A stretch of DNA of 64,000 nt from Eledone cirrhosa (lineage: Eukaryota), in contig OZ024748.1 in NCBI GenBank assembly GCA_964016885.1, positions 15,066,001 through 15,130,000 on the forward strand, read 5' to 3'. The position numbers and the translations under genes are program-made. The notes below the pieces were generated by a model. That model had not been told where the DNA came from, made no database searches, and saw nothing but the letters and a program-made list of their open reading frames with translations. Of the stretch, positions 39,152-52,287 are shown piece by piece (the stretch's first letter is position 1; every line of letters begins with the position of its first letter).

Positions 39152-39220
39152 AGCAGCGGGGACAACCTGTCTAGGCACATTTCAGGCTCTGGCCATCATC
39201 AGGACAGTGCTTCCGCTGCT
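39152..39220 (-). ncRNA. Type I hammerhead ribozyme motif with extended helix I and decayed helix III
   Basis: Minus: agcagcgg aagca ctgtc CTGATGA t ggc caga gcc t GAAA tgtgcc TA gacag gttgtcc ccgctgct. Confidence 0.7.
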
Positions 39221-39761
39221 CTTGAAACTTTAAACAGGCGAAAATATAGTTTTTCCACCAGTGTAGATGGGCTGATTAGCATCATTTGCATATAGAGCTA
39301 TGTAAGTTGGTTCAACTTGAAAGTAGAATTAAAATTTTAGCTCCGACATAGCTGTATACATACATATTTACCATAGTGCTTTCATCTCTCTTGTTACTGT
39401 ATCTATTCTCTACAAGAATGGTATAACAATGTAACATTATAATGGTACAATGGTATATTGGTATAATAGTATAATAATGTAAAGGTTTAAAGGTGTAATA
39501 GTATCCTTTCACAATATCAATTGGTTGGTTGCTCTTTCAAGAGAGGAAATTGAGGGAGAAAGAAATATGAGAGAGAAAAAATTGTATTGTATTAATTCTA
39601 TTTCTTTCTTTAGGGAGCAGCATCTGGTTTCAACACACCAATCCATACAAGCAACAACAACAAAAAATTATATATATATGTATTACAGACATTCATACAC
39701 AAAGTAAATTCTTTTATGTATTCATAAACACCGACAAATGAGTAGAATTTTGAATATGTAC

Positions 39762-39799
<38 letters not shown>

Positions 39800-39803
<4 letters not shown>

Positions 39804-40150
39804 TGAGCATGGCTCTGAACATTAATCAGTATATACTGAGGATGAAAAACTCAGAGCTGTATGAGAGCCTCCCAAAAGTCAGCTCAAAAGTGACACAGAG
39901 GAGACTGAGGTTAGCTGGATTTGATCACCAACATCCAGAGTTGACACTGCACTCAATGCTTCTGTGGGAGCCCCTGCATGGACAGACTGGAAGAGGAAGA
40001 CCAAGGTTAACATATGTTGATGCCCTAAGGACAGACACTGGTCTGTTGGAGTTGCAGGACATGGCAGCGATAATGAGGGACAGAGACCGCTGGAGAGAAC
40101 TCGTCCATGGATCTCGGGAATTTTACCCGCCCTAGATAGATAGATAGATA
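39800..40150 (+). mobile_element. RTE LINE 3' fragment with an open C-terminal ORF and (GATA)n tail, inserted in (TA)n
   Basis: ELYESLPKVS..QRRLRLAG..LLWEP.HG..GRGRPRLTYVD.L..DTGL..DRDRWR motif chain. Confidence 0.92.
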
Positions 40151-40929
40151 TATATATTAGCATGGAAAATGGATGTCAAACGATGATGATGATAATAATT
40201 GATTGGTAAGGACTGTGGTAGAAATATATAACAGGCAAAGGATGACAAATAAAGCAAAACAATTTAATGTTTTTTACCCAGTATATTTCAACACAATATT
40301 TCAGAGTTTTCCCCCTCTTTTCAAATGCAAAACAAAAATGAATGTGTGTGTATATGAAGGGAGAGAAAGACAGAGAAGGAAAGAGACAGTGTGTGTATGT
40401 GGTTGTGAGTGTATAAGCATGAGAAGTGAATAATTGTCCTCATGAGAATGTGTGAGATGTGCATTTATATATACAAGAGTGCTTGTGAGATATGTGTGGT
40501 GCATGTGTATGTGAGGAGAATACAAAGCAATGTGTGTGCATGATATGTATGAAGTATGTGTATATATATATATCTAAGAAGAGTGACTGCTTCCATGAGA
40601 AAATGTGTGAGAAATGTGAGAAGAAGAGAACACGACGAAGTTTGTGTGTATGTGAGAAGGAACGAACAAAATAGTGCATATGCTTGTGTGTGTATGTGCC
40701 TCTGTGTATACGTATGCCTGTGTGAGTGTGGCTGTGTGCATATAGCATATATGCCTGTGTGGGTGTGTGTGTACATGTCTGTGTGTGTATACCTGTATGC
40801 ACACACACACGCATAGTTCTGAATGCTCGATCTTGCAGTTGTTATATTTTGTTGTTTAAGGTTTTCTCAATCTTTATACCCATTGGCATACTGAAACAAC
40901 TCTCATGTCATTATATATATATATATATA

Positions 40930-41119
40930 GGGCGGTGGATTGGCAGTGTCAGTAGAGAGTCGGACGCCATGCCTTCCAGCATAGTTACGTCCCTTTACGG
41001 TCTGAGTTCAAATCCCACCGAGGTTAACTTTGCCTTTCATCCTTACGGGGTCGATAAAATAAAGTACCAGTAATGTATTGGGTAATTGCTGGCCTTGTGC
41101 CAACAGTAGAAACAATTAT
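40930..41119 (+). mobile_element. Full-length SINE family B (tRNA-like head, central domain resembling widely shared metazoan SINE domains, (ATT)n tail)
   Basis: tggcagtgtcagt A box, gagttcaaatccc B box, gcctttcatccttacggggtcgataaaataaagtaccag body. Confidence 0.9.
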
Positions 41120-41295
41120 ATATATATATATATATATATATTTTGGGGTATTTTCTGTGTTGCCTCCTAAGTTGACCTTATTCAGAACTGTCCCCTTCTC
41201 GCTACAACAAATACTACTACCACCACCTCCACCAGCAACTCGTTACATTAATAATGCAGTGCTGGATAAAAACCACCAACATTATTATTGCCATA

Positions 41296-41415
41296 CTGAG
41301 TTCAAATCCCGCCGAGGTTAACTTTGCCTTTCATCCTTAAGGGGTCGATAAAATAAAGTACCAGTAATGTACTGAGTAATTGCTGGCCTTGTGCCAAAAG
41401 TAGAAACAATTATTA
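41296..41415 (+). mobile_element. 5'-truncated SINE family B
   Basis: Starts at the B box and matches 40930-41119. Confidence 0.85.
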
Positions 41416-41599
41416 TATTCTTCAGGAAAGCTGTGAAAACATGCTTCATATACGAGGGGCTTTTTTTATATTATATATTATATTTTATTCTATTAATTAC
41501 ACTGTCATTCTAACATACTGCATTAGTGCTGTCATTTCCTTTGCACCTTATCAACTGTTTTAATACCTGTGTAAATAGAGAGCATTCTACCACTTCAGT

Positions 41600-42465
41600 G
41601 GTAATAATTGCTTCTACTTTGGTAGAAGGCCGGAAATTTTAAAGGGAAAAGAAAGTCGATTAAATCAACATCAGTGCATTACTGATAAATTTTATTTTTT
41701 TTATCAACCTCAGAAAGATGAAAATTAACATTGACCCCATAGGAATTTGAAATCAGAACACAAACATGCTGGAACTAAATATCCTGAAGCATTTGATCCA
41801 AAGTTCTAACAATTCTGCCAATTCATCATCAATCCATTACCCTTAGTGATGATGATTATAATAAAGGTTTCTACTTTTGGCACAAGGCCCAGCAATTATC
41901 CCAGTGTATTACTGGTGCTTTATTTTATCAACCCTGTAAGGAGGAAAGGCAAAATTTACCTCGGCGGGATTTGAACTCAGACCATTAAAGGGCCATAACT
42001 CTTTGCGGCAAAGCATAGCATCAGACCCTCTACTGATACTGCCAATCCACCACCCTGATTATAATAATAATTGTTTCTACTTTAGGCACAAGGCCAGCAA
42101 TTACCCAGTGCATTACTGGTACTTTATTTTATCGACCCCATAAGGATGAAAGGCAAAGTCAACCTCGGCTGGATTTGAACTTAGATCGTAAAGGGGCGTA
42201 ACTATGCTGGTAAGCATGGCGTCCGATCCTCTACCAATACTGCCAATCCACCACCTGATTATAATAATAATGATGTCTGATTTAGGCATGAGGCCAACAA
42301 TTTCGGGGGAGGGGGGAAAGTCAATTAAATCGACTGCAGGGTATAACTGATGCTTTATTTTATCAATTTCCCAAGGATGAAAGGCAAAGCTAACCTCGCC
42401 ATGATTTGAACTCAAATCATAAAGGATCATAACTATATGCCACAAAGCATGTTTTTCGACGCTCT
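41600..42465 (-). mobile_element. Tandem stack of four SINE family B copies
   Basis: Copies at ~41605, 41866, 42066 and 42272 separated by (TAA)n; ctgattataataataat duplicated at 42055 and 42255. Confidence 0.9.
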
Positions 42466-42489
42466 AATAACAATAATAATAATGATAAT

Positions 42490-42725
42490 GTGGTACCAAT
42501 TGGGATTGGAGCACTTGGGGCCGATACTGAAAAGCTCCAGAAAAACCTTGATAGATTTGGAATCTCTACCAGCATTACGACATTGCAAGAAACAACACTT
42601 TTGGTATAAGCAAATATCATGCAGAAAATACTGTTGTCTGAGGTTACATAACTTGATAGGGAGTGAATTAAATGATCCAGTATTAATAAGATGATCACAA
42701 TGCAAGTGAATATGTATAAAAATAA
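42490..42725 (+). mobile_element. 3' relic of an R4/Dong-like non-LTR retrotransposon in a (TAA)n tract
   Basis: VVPIGIGALGADTEKLQKNLDRFGISTSITTLQETTLLV*ANIMQKIL fits the recalled pattern VVP.VIGALG.....L...L..LGI....LQK..LLGTA.ILRKVL. Confidence 0.75.
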
Positions 42726-44159
42726 TTGTTTCTACTTATAGCACAAGGCCAGTAATTTGAAGGGAGAGAGAAAGTTGATTAAATCAAACCCAGAACTCCA
42801 CTGCTGCTTTATTTTATCAACCACGAAAGAATGAAAGGTAAAGTGTGCCTTGGCAGATTTGAACTGAGGATGTAAAGAGAAGTAACTATATATAACAGAG
42901 CAATAATGTTTTCACTTATTGGACACAAGGGTGCACACATGACTTTTGGGAAAGACAAAAAATCAACACAAAGTAAAGTTTATACTGAGTAAAGTAAAAT
43001 AAATGGGGTGTCAACAAGGAGAAAACAATAGATATAACAATAATTGTAATAAATAGTAATGATAGCATTATAAGAAATTATAATAAAAAGTCTACAATGA
43101 AATGTTCTCCAAGAGAGTATTTCCTAGGCTCCTCTCCTCAATCATTCTGTCCTATCAAATTTACTGAATGTTCTCTCTCTCTCTGTTTCTTTCCCCCTGT
43201 TTAGAAAATCATTTTCATAGTCCCTTTCAATGTCATAAATTCAGCTGCTCTTCATGAAACAGGGAAAAGATTGGAAAGGAAAATGTAAACCGATCTATTA
43301 TAGAAAAGCCCATTATTAGGAACTGAAAGGATCCTAAGAAAAGGGCTAAAAAATTCAGTCAATGAATAAATTTGTCAATGGTTATGAATCCCTCTTGGGA
43401 TTGTAAAAAGAACAATCCAGATTCTCTGTCTTGGTCTTTCCCAGTCCCAGGTTTATAGTACCATCAGTAAGTCAAGATGAATGAAAAAACAAAATTCTTT
43501 AAAAGACTATATTTCCATATATATGAATATTTGTCTTTCATATCAATTGATAGTTTTTGTCTTGTGTATCATTGAAGAAATATTATTACCACAGTTGTTT
43601 TTCTATTAGAGTTTAGTAACGATGCTTCCTGCTATTGTAATGCTAATGAAATATCTTTGGGGAGTGATAACATTTGAAGACTAAGCCAAAGATATTTGCT
43701 AGTACAAACACATTCAAAACACTAGGATAAATAGGAATAAATATTATCTACAGAATGTAACATTTAAATAAATTATGAGCAGTAAATCTCCTTTGAAGAG
43801 TACATTTAGAAAATTTGTTCTAGTTCTTAGTGGAAATGTCCCTCATGAGAAATTAGCATAAATACCAAGAGGCACTCGAAATACAGCTTATAATTACAAA
43901 ATAGTGATTATGTTGTGGTTGGTGTAGAAAAACGTTTCATGTCAGATAATTTAGTCTACTTTAGGTTTTTAGTTTTACTACTTTATAATAAAACATTGTA
44001 AACGGTATATATTATTAATTATCAAGATACTCTACTAGCAGCTTTTTAAAGTATCACAACCTATGCTGTAGCAATATATACGTTCAAAAAATGAATAAAA
44101 AAATAAAATAAGAAAATGTGTTTGCTTTTTGAAATGCTATGACAATGTAGATAAACTAT

Positions 44160-45440
44160 AAATAATTGTTTCTACTTTTGGCACAAGGCCAGCAATTAAC
44201 CAATACATTACTGGTACTTTATGTTATCGACCCCCGTAAGGATGAAAGGTAAAGTTAACCTCGGCGGGATTTGAACTCAGATCATAAAGGGAGGTAACTC
44301 TATGCTTCAAAGCATGGCGTCCGACCCTCTACCGATACTGCCAATCCACTGCTCTTTAAACTATAAATAATGCCTTCTGATTTAGGCACAAGACCAACAA
44401 TTTTGGGTGAAGGGAAAGTTGATTAAATCAATCCCAGTGTGTTACTGGTACTTTATTTTATAGACCTCAAAGGATGAAAGGCAAAGTTTACTTCAATAAT
44501 AATAATGGTTTCTGATTAAGGCACAAGGCCAGCAATTACCCAGTGTATTATTTTATCGACCCCGTAAGGATGAAAGGCAAAGTAAACCTCGACGGGATTT
44601 GAACTCAGACCGTAAAGGGACGTAACTATGCTGGAAAGCATGGCGTCCGACTCTCTACCGATACTGCCAATCCACCGCCCTTACTTCAATAATAATAATG
44701 GTTTCTGATTAAGGCACAAGGCCAACAAATATGGGGAGAGGAGAAAGTCAATTAGATCACCCCAGCACATTACAGGTGCTTTATTTTATCAATCCTTGTA
44801 AGGATGAAAGGCAAAGCTAACCTTGGTGGGATTTGAACCTAGACATTCATTTCATTTTACGTCCACTTTTCCCTGCTTGCAAGGGTGGGACGGGAACTGA
44901 TTCTGGCTTGATTTCTACAGCTGGATGCCCTTCCTAACACCAACCTCATTTACAGTGAGTGCTGGGTGCTTTTTTGCCGTGGCACCTCCACGTCCACTTT
45001 GCAGTGGAATGATAGGGACCCCAGTCCCTATCATCTCATTTCTACAGCTGAGTAAACTGGAGCAATGTGAAATAAAATGTCTTGCTCAAGGAAACAACAC
45101 ATCACCCAGTCCGAGAATTGAACTCACAACCTTTCGATTGCAAGGCCAATGCTCTAACCACTAAGCCATGTGCCTCCACATAAAGGGTCATAACCATTTG
45201 TTGTAAAGCATGTTGTTCAGTGCTCAACTGGTATTGCCAATCCACCACTCTTAGATGAACTGTAAATAATGGTTTCTGATTTAGGCACAAGGCCAACAAT
45301 TTTGAGAGAGGGAAAGTCGATTAAAGCAACCCAAGTGCGTTACTGGTGCTTTATTTTATCGACCCCCTTAAGGATGAAAGACCAAGCTAACCAAGGTGGG
45401 ATTTGAACTTAAAACATAAAGGGTTGTAACTATATGTCAT
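44160..45440 (-). mobile_element. Tandem stack of five SINE family B copies, one interrupted by SINE A
   Basis: Repeated family B blocks; duplicated flanks taaactataaataat and ttacttcaataataataatgg. Confidence 0.9.
44847..45177 (-). mobile_element. SINE family A nested in SINE family B
   Basis: Reverse match to 19041-19385; acat on both sides; host resumes as aaagggtcataacc. Confidence 0.93.
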
Positions 45441-46234
45441 ACTACCTAGATGAACTATAAATACCGACCTAGATGAACTATAAATAAGATGAAAAAGTTT
45501 GGTAAAATACATCTGGAGATTTAAAAAAAATAGACAGAACTGTCTGCAGGAATTGAACAGTGTAACAGTTGTATGATGACATATTTAACTATTATCTATA
45601 GTTCATCAGCATTGTGGTAAACAAAAAAAGCAAACATATTTTCAAACCACATCTCAAGAAGTAACAAATTATTAATACAAAAACAGGGAAATAATTACAT
45701 TAAAGTAACAATTAATTCAGTAACATAAAAATATATTAATCTGAATTTTTTTTTTTTTTTTACTAATTTTACAAAAATAAATGTTAAAAAAAAGTAAAGA
45801 AGGTTTATACATTCATTATGAACCCTTTTATATAATTACATTTTCAATTAATCAATATTTATCTAATACAAGTCAATTAGAGTCAATTAGATGACTTATT
45901 CTAATCAGATGTATCCATCAACGGATGTACCACAGTTAGTTTGTATTTTGTATGTTATGTTCTTTTTTTTTAATATCCGAGTGACAACATGCGATGATTT
46001 AATCTCAGCACTGAAAATTTATTACCCATTCATCAATTCTCTATAGTACATATTTACAGCTAGGTAGACTGAGCCATAGAAAAATTAAGTTATCTTGACA
46101 GCAGACACATAACTGTTCTGGATATGAGATAAAAACTGTTAAATTTCTTACCAGTAGACTACCACCCAAATGACAAAATAACTGTCAATAACATTTTTAT
46201 TGTTACTAACAATTTTATTGTTATATTATTTGTT

Positions 46235-46545
46235 GATATATTGTGAAGACTCCTGATCATGGGTTCATTTCCTGAAAATGCACTGTGTCCTTGAGCAAGA
46301 CACTATATTTCGCATTGCTCTAGTCAACTCAGATGCGGAAAAAATGAGTTGTATCTGTAATTCAAAGGATCAGCCTTGTTTATCACACATACACACAATG
46401 TCACACTGAATCTCCATAAGAAGTACATTAAGAGTACACTATCTGTGGAATGCTCAGTCACTCCACACACACAATTTATGAGCAGGTGGTTCTATTGTTT
46501 GAATCAACTGGAAAACATGTCTTCGGAAGCAACAGTGATCCAACA
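46235..46545 (+). mobile_element. Old CORE-like SINE
   Basis: gtgtccttgagcaagacact core; body shared with the copies at 3052 and 5215. Confidence 0.75.
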
Positions 46546-47098
46546 ACAACAAGAAACATTCTCATAAAGCAAATATTTATACTGATTCTGTGAAGTAATT
46601 TACATAAAAACTGTTTGTGTTTTTAAACTATGAAAGAACAAAGGGAACTTCAATGTTTTTTTTTTCTGGTTCCGCTAAAAGACTATGGTTGATTTTTTTG
46701 TTAGTTTTAATCCAAAGACATTTATATAACCAAGTTTAATAGAATTGCTTTTATATAGAAAGACTGACTTACCAAAAGGCAATCTCTTTTGACAAATAGA
46801 ATTCTAACTCCAGTAGAGGATTTAATTGTGTCCAACTTGATAAGATAGCTTATATATCTGTCACTGAAAGAGAAAACATACATATATAAATATGTAGATA
46901 GTTGAGTCTATAGAAATCAGTTAAATAAAAGTGAATTAAAAAATAATACATGACAGTATATTTTTATATATATGACAAGGTATGTGTGTATGTGAATGTA
47001 TGTGTGTGTGTGCCAAAAATAAACAGAAATAACAAAGCAAACGACACAACACAATGAAGAAATTATATTAGTTTAACACTTGATATAGTTGGGAAAGA

Positions 47099-47133
47099 GT
47101 TTTAACGTTTCGGAAATTAGTCCATCAGAAAAC
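47099..47133 (-). ncRNA. Minimal (helix III-less) hammerhead remnant of Penelope type
   Basis: Minus: gtttt CTGATGG actaatttcc GAA ACGT T aaaac; A9 is missing or substituted. Confidence 0.5.
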
Positions 47134-48924
47134 AAAAAATGAAATAGAAAGATAGTGAGAAGTAGATGGAAAGAAAAAAAAAAAAAACCCTGTATATATA
47201 TATAATTTTATGTTCTATGCTGTTATGAGTTGGGTTAGTTCTCATTCAAAGTTACTGAATTCCTAGATAGATCAAAATTGATGTAATACATCCTGCCTGC
47301 ATGTTTCATTTTGGTATAGTTTGAATGACTGCATACCTTTCCTAACACAAACTATTTTACATATTATACTGGATGCCTTTTATCATTGCAGCAGCACAAG
47401 AGAGGTAGTCATAACTTCAACAAAACTAAAATGTTCTCTCTACACTTTACCGTCTTTGATTATCAACCACTTCGTGACATTTACTGAATGTATTTTATCA
47501 TGTCCTTCACATGGGCTAAAGAATCCTCTGTAGTCTACATAGCCTATATTCATTCAAGGCTAATATAATCAAGAGTATAAATAAGACAGAAAAGAAAATA
47601 GAGCATGAATATGAGTGAAAAAGTAGAAAACAAATGATAGGATAATAAGAAAAGGAGGGCAGCAGTAGTAACTATAGGCCAGTTGTTGATAGGAAGTAGA
47701 GTATAAGATAACATGTGCATTGTGGTAGGATAGTCATAGGGACATGTCGTGGTGGGATAGCAATAAGGATATGTCATAGTAGGAGAGTGTGAAAGGTGGA
47801 TAACAAAAGAGTGACTAACATATATCAGCTAAGAAGATAGCAAGAGATAGATGGAGGAATGGAGACGTAGAGAATGATGATTGGCTGTAGGAGGCGTGGG
47901 TGGGTGGGGGGTTATGGTATTGAATATGGGCATATGTGATGGATGACAACAAATGCAACAAAAAGTTAGAGAGAATGGTAGATGTGAAATAATGGAAAAT
48001 ATGTGAAACCTGTTTTCAACACAGATTAATTTGAATATAACTTTCATTTATTTGCTACTTCCAGTCAATACCTATAGCCTATGTTTAGATATGATATGAT
48101 GGATGCCAAGCAGCAATTCTCCAACTAAAAGAAATCTACTTATTTTATACAATAAATGTTATGGGGAATATTGTATTGTTTATTTATTGTTACTTTTTGT
48201 AATCAAATTGGGTTTCATAAATTCTATGCCAATCAGAGAAAAGCTAAGACTGCAAAAGAAAATTCCTTTAAGATAGTTGGTCGTTCAGAAATGAATTTGG
48301 AAAATGTAACCATTTGACATGACTGTAGACAGCATATTTGAAAGTAAGATTGTATATAGTGTAATACTATGTTATAAATTGGACATTCTGAATTTGAAAT
48401 TCAGTGTAACAGGCAAGAAGCCAACCCAACGAAATTCATTAACATCAAGCAGATATCAATCTTGTAGAAAAACGAATATGGATGAAAAATTTTCAGTTTC
48501 GTGTTTGAAATGAATTGTCTTAAGTAGATATGTCATTTCGGAGTATCTCTCAGTTTAAGTAGGAAAGACTTATGATTCCAAATAAAATTTCACACTAAAA
48601 CAACTATGACAGAAGACTAGTCTCTACAGACATAATCAATGATGTAAGTTTGCGTCCTTTTACTAAGAATGCCGTGGAATAATTTCAAATATTTTAACCT
48701 TTCAACCATATTACTTTAGCATTGCTGTTGCTTTCAATTATTTCTTTAAAGGCTCCAGTAAAACCTGACAGAAACTTCAATATAATTTCTTGAAATAAGA
48801 TCAAAATTACTCAGCTTTCAAATGGTGATAATCTAAGAATACATTACAGAAGAGAAAGCAGTTTAAGTGAATAGTGATTAGTTTCTGAGAGAAATATGTA
48901 TCTTTATAGGAAAGGAAAAAGAAG

Positions 48925-49207
48925 GGGCCCTTAGCTCCAGATAGAGTCATAGGGGTGTTGCCCTGAGACAGTGTATCTTGGGCATTTTACACCTGGTGAA
49001 GTTCATGTCAGCACAGATATATATATACACATACACAGAGAGAGATAGAATCAACCCCAGTACTGGACTGACAATTTATTTATGAAACAGAAAAGGATGA
49101 AATGCAAAGGTTACTTCAGCAGAATTCAAAGTCAGGGCACAGTAACCCTTAACAAATGCTGAAACATATTTAATCTGATGTCCTAACAACTCTACAAATT
49201 CACTGCT
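48925..49207 (-). mobile_element. Degenerate SINE family C
   Basis: gggcattttacacctggtgaagttcat resembles the reverse of 58520-58550; B-type head at 49050-49207. Confidence 0.55.
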
Positions 49208-49279
49208 TTCATATAGCTATATAATAAAATGATTTATGCAACATTTTGAAATGATTCCCAAACATAACACACATGTATA

Positions 49280-49359
<80 letters not shown>

Positions 49360-49810
49360 CCCACACCCACACTGGTTTCTTTTCTCTCCACCTTCTAGCT
49401 TATTATTTTAACATTAAATTTTCCTTGCTGTCATGAGTTAGGGGAATTATACTCTCTATTTACATTTATATGGAAAATACAATGAGAATATTATAGCTTC
49501 AATGACAATTTAATCCAAATTCTTGCAATAAAACTATGTGTTTTATATTTTCCCTATAATGGTCTCTTATGTTTCAGGAGTGTTAGATATATGTATAGTT
49601 AATACTTGTATTTTTGTTGTCATTACATCATTCACACACTCTCTCTCTCTTTCATATATATATATATATATATATAATGTATATATATATATATATATAT
49701 AATGTATATATATATATATATATATATAATGTATATATATATATATATATAATGTATATATATATATATATATATATATAATGTATATATATATATATAA
49801 TGTATATATA

Positions 49811-51388
49811 CTGGCATAGCAGCATCATTGTTAACTGTTACAAGGGTAAAGGAGACACCCTAGATAGGAGTAACTATAGAGGCATTAAATTAATCGACCA
49901 GGTCATGAAGGTCACGGAAAAAGTAATAGCGCAACTAATCAGAGAGAGAATTGATCTAGATGAAATGCAGTTCGGGTTTGTGTCAGGCAAAAGTACCACA
50001 GACGCTCTTTTCATTGTACGACAACTACAGGAGAAGTACCTAGCTAAAAGTAAACCCCTATACTTAGCTTTTGTCGACTTGGAGAAAGCCTTCGACAGAG
50101 TCCCCCGTTCCGTTATCTGGTGGGCTCTTAGAAAACTAGGTGTTGACGAATGGCTTGTGAGAGCTATACAAGCCATGTATAAAGAAACAGTCAGCAAGGT
50201 TAGAATTAACAACGAATATAGTGAAGAGTTTAGCGTAAAAGTTGGTGTCCATCAGGGCTCTGTTCTTAGCCCCCTACTATTTATTATTGCCCTTCAGGCT
50301 ATAACAGAGGAGTTGAAGATCGGCTGCCCATGGGAACTCCTATACGCAGACGATCTAATGCTCATAGCTGAATCAATGGCCGAGCTAGAGAAGAAATTCC
50401 AAACATGGAAGCACGGCCTAGAATCAAAAGGCCTTAAAATTAACCTGGCTAAGACTAAAGTTCTAGTTTGTAGGAAAGAAAATAAGGCGCCGGTCCCTTC
50501 CGGGAAATGGCCATGCTCAGTGTGTAGGAAAGGCGTAGGTAGAAACTCCATTTTATGTCCCAAATGCAAAGTATGGGTACATAAAAGATGTAGTGGGATC
50601 ACAGGTAAGCTAACTAAGAACATAGATTTTACATGTGGCCGGTGCTCTGGTGCAATAAGTAGCAGCAAGTGCCCACGAAACACTAACTCTTTCAATTGCG
50701 CAGAGGGTTCTATAGAAATAGTGGACAGCTTCCGTTACCTGGGTGACAAAATCAGCAATGGGGGAGGGTGCTCTGAAAGTACAGTAGCTAGAGTCAGAAC
50801 TGGATGGAAAAAGTTCAGAGAGCTTATACCACTATTAGCCGCTAAAGGATTCTCCCTAAAAATGAAAGGCAGGTTGTATGATGCCTGCATACGAACAGCA
50901 ATGTTGCATGGCAGTGAGACCTGGGCATTGTGTGCAGAGGATATACGCAGACTAGAGAGGAACGAAGCTTGCATGCTCCGCTGGATGTGTAATAGTAATA
51001 TACTTGAACGGCAAAGCATAAACGAACTAAGGAAAAAATTAGAAATAAGAGGGATCAGATGTTGTTTACTCGAGAGAAGGCTACGTTGGTATGGTCACGT
51101 GATGCGCATGAAAGACGACAGTGCAGGGCAATAAAGATAGACGGTAGCCACGGAGTAGGCAGACCCAGAAAAACCTGGGACGAGCTGATAAATTCCGACC
51201 TCACACACTTACACCTCTCCAAGACAATGTCACTGGACCGAGACCTTTGGCGGTACTCAGTAATAGAGAAGACCCGCCTTACCTAAATACAAAGTAAAAC
51301 CTACTACAGTCAGTAGGCATCTCTAACAAAATACACCCCCGTCCACACCGCCCCTTTCAATGTAAAGTTATGATGATGATGATGATAT
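49811..51388 (+). mobile_element. 5'-truncated RTE LINE: RT domain, PHD finger, C-terminus and shortened 3' UTR
   Basis: NYRGIKL, QFGF, FVDLEKAFDRV, GVHQGSVLSPLLF, LLYADDL (YADD 50343-50354), FRYLG, HGSETW, RRLRWYGHV; 13-bp deletion near 51121 shifts the frame. Confidence 0.97.
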
Positions 51389-51552
51389 ATAATGTATAAA
51401 TATATATATATATATAATGTATATATATATAATATATATAATATATATATATTTATATAATGTATATATATATAATATATATAATATATATATATTTATA
51501 TAATGTATATATATAATGTATATATATATATATAACGCATATATATATATAT

Positions 51553-51884
51553 CTTCATTTCATTTTACGTCCGCTTTTCCCTGCTTGCAAGGGTGGGACG
51601 GGAACTGATTCTGGCTTGATTTCTACAGCTGGATGCCCTTCCTAACACCAACCTCATTTACAGTGAGTGCTGGGTGCTTTTTTGCCATAGCCCCTCCACG
51701 ACCACTTTGCAGTGGAATGATATGAACCCCAGTCCCTATCATCTCATTTCTACAACTGAGTAAACTGGAGCAATGTGAAATAAAGTGTCTTGCTCAAGGA
51801 AACAACACATCACCCGGTCTGAGAATTGAACTCACAACCTTTCAATTGCAAGCCCAATGCTCTAACCACTAAGCCATGTGCCTC
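51553..51884 (-). mobile_element. SINE family A
   Basis: Reverse match to 19041-19385. Confidence 0.95.
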
Positions 51885-51915
<31 letters not shown>

Positions 51916-51943
51916 AACACATGCGTGTATGTATATATATATA

Positions 51944-52184
51944 ATCATCACCGTCTAACGTCCATCTTCCGCGCTTGCATGGGTTAGACAGGATTGTCCC
52001 GCTTGAAGAAAGATTGGTTGGGTGGCCGTGTCTTACTCATATAGAACCCCTATCTGGCAGATTTTCTAGGCAAGATGCCCTTCCTAACACCAACCATATT
52101 TAAAGTATGGACTGGGAGCCTTTTTAACATTTCTCCTACGCAGCCACTTTACAGCATGGACTGGGTGCTTTTTGTCGTGACACC
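51944..52184 (-). mobile_element. RTE 3' UTR fragment
   Basis: taacgtccatcttccgcgcttgcatgggttagac and gatgcccttcctaacaccaacc blocks. Confidence 0.85.
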
Positions 52185-52249
52185 TATATATATATACACA
52201 CACACACACATTTATATATAAATACATACATATATACACACACACATAC

Positions 52250-52287
<38 letters not shown>

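Noticed and set aside
46132-46161. 30-nt minus-strand exon candidate
   Set aside because: Lies in a decayed SINE and has a weak acceptor
49800-49811. ATG start of the 444-aa RT ORF
   Set aside because: The ATG comes from the flanking TA-rich repeat; the LINE is 5'-truncated and lacks the endonuclease
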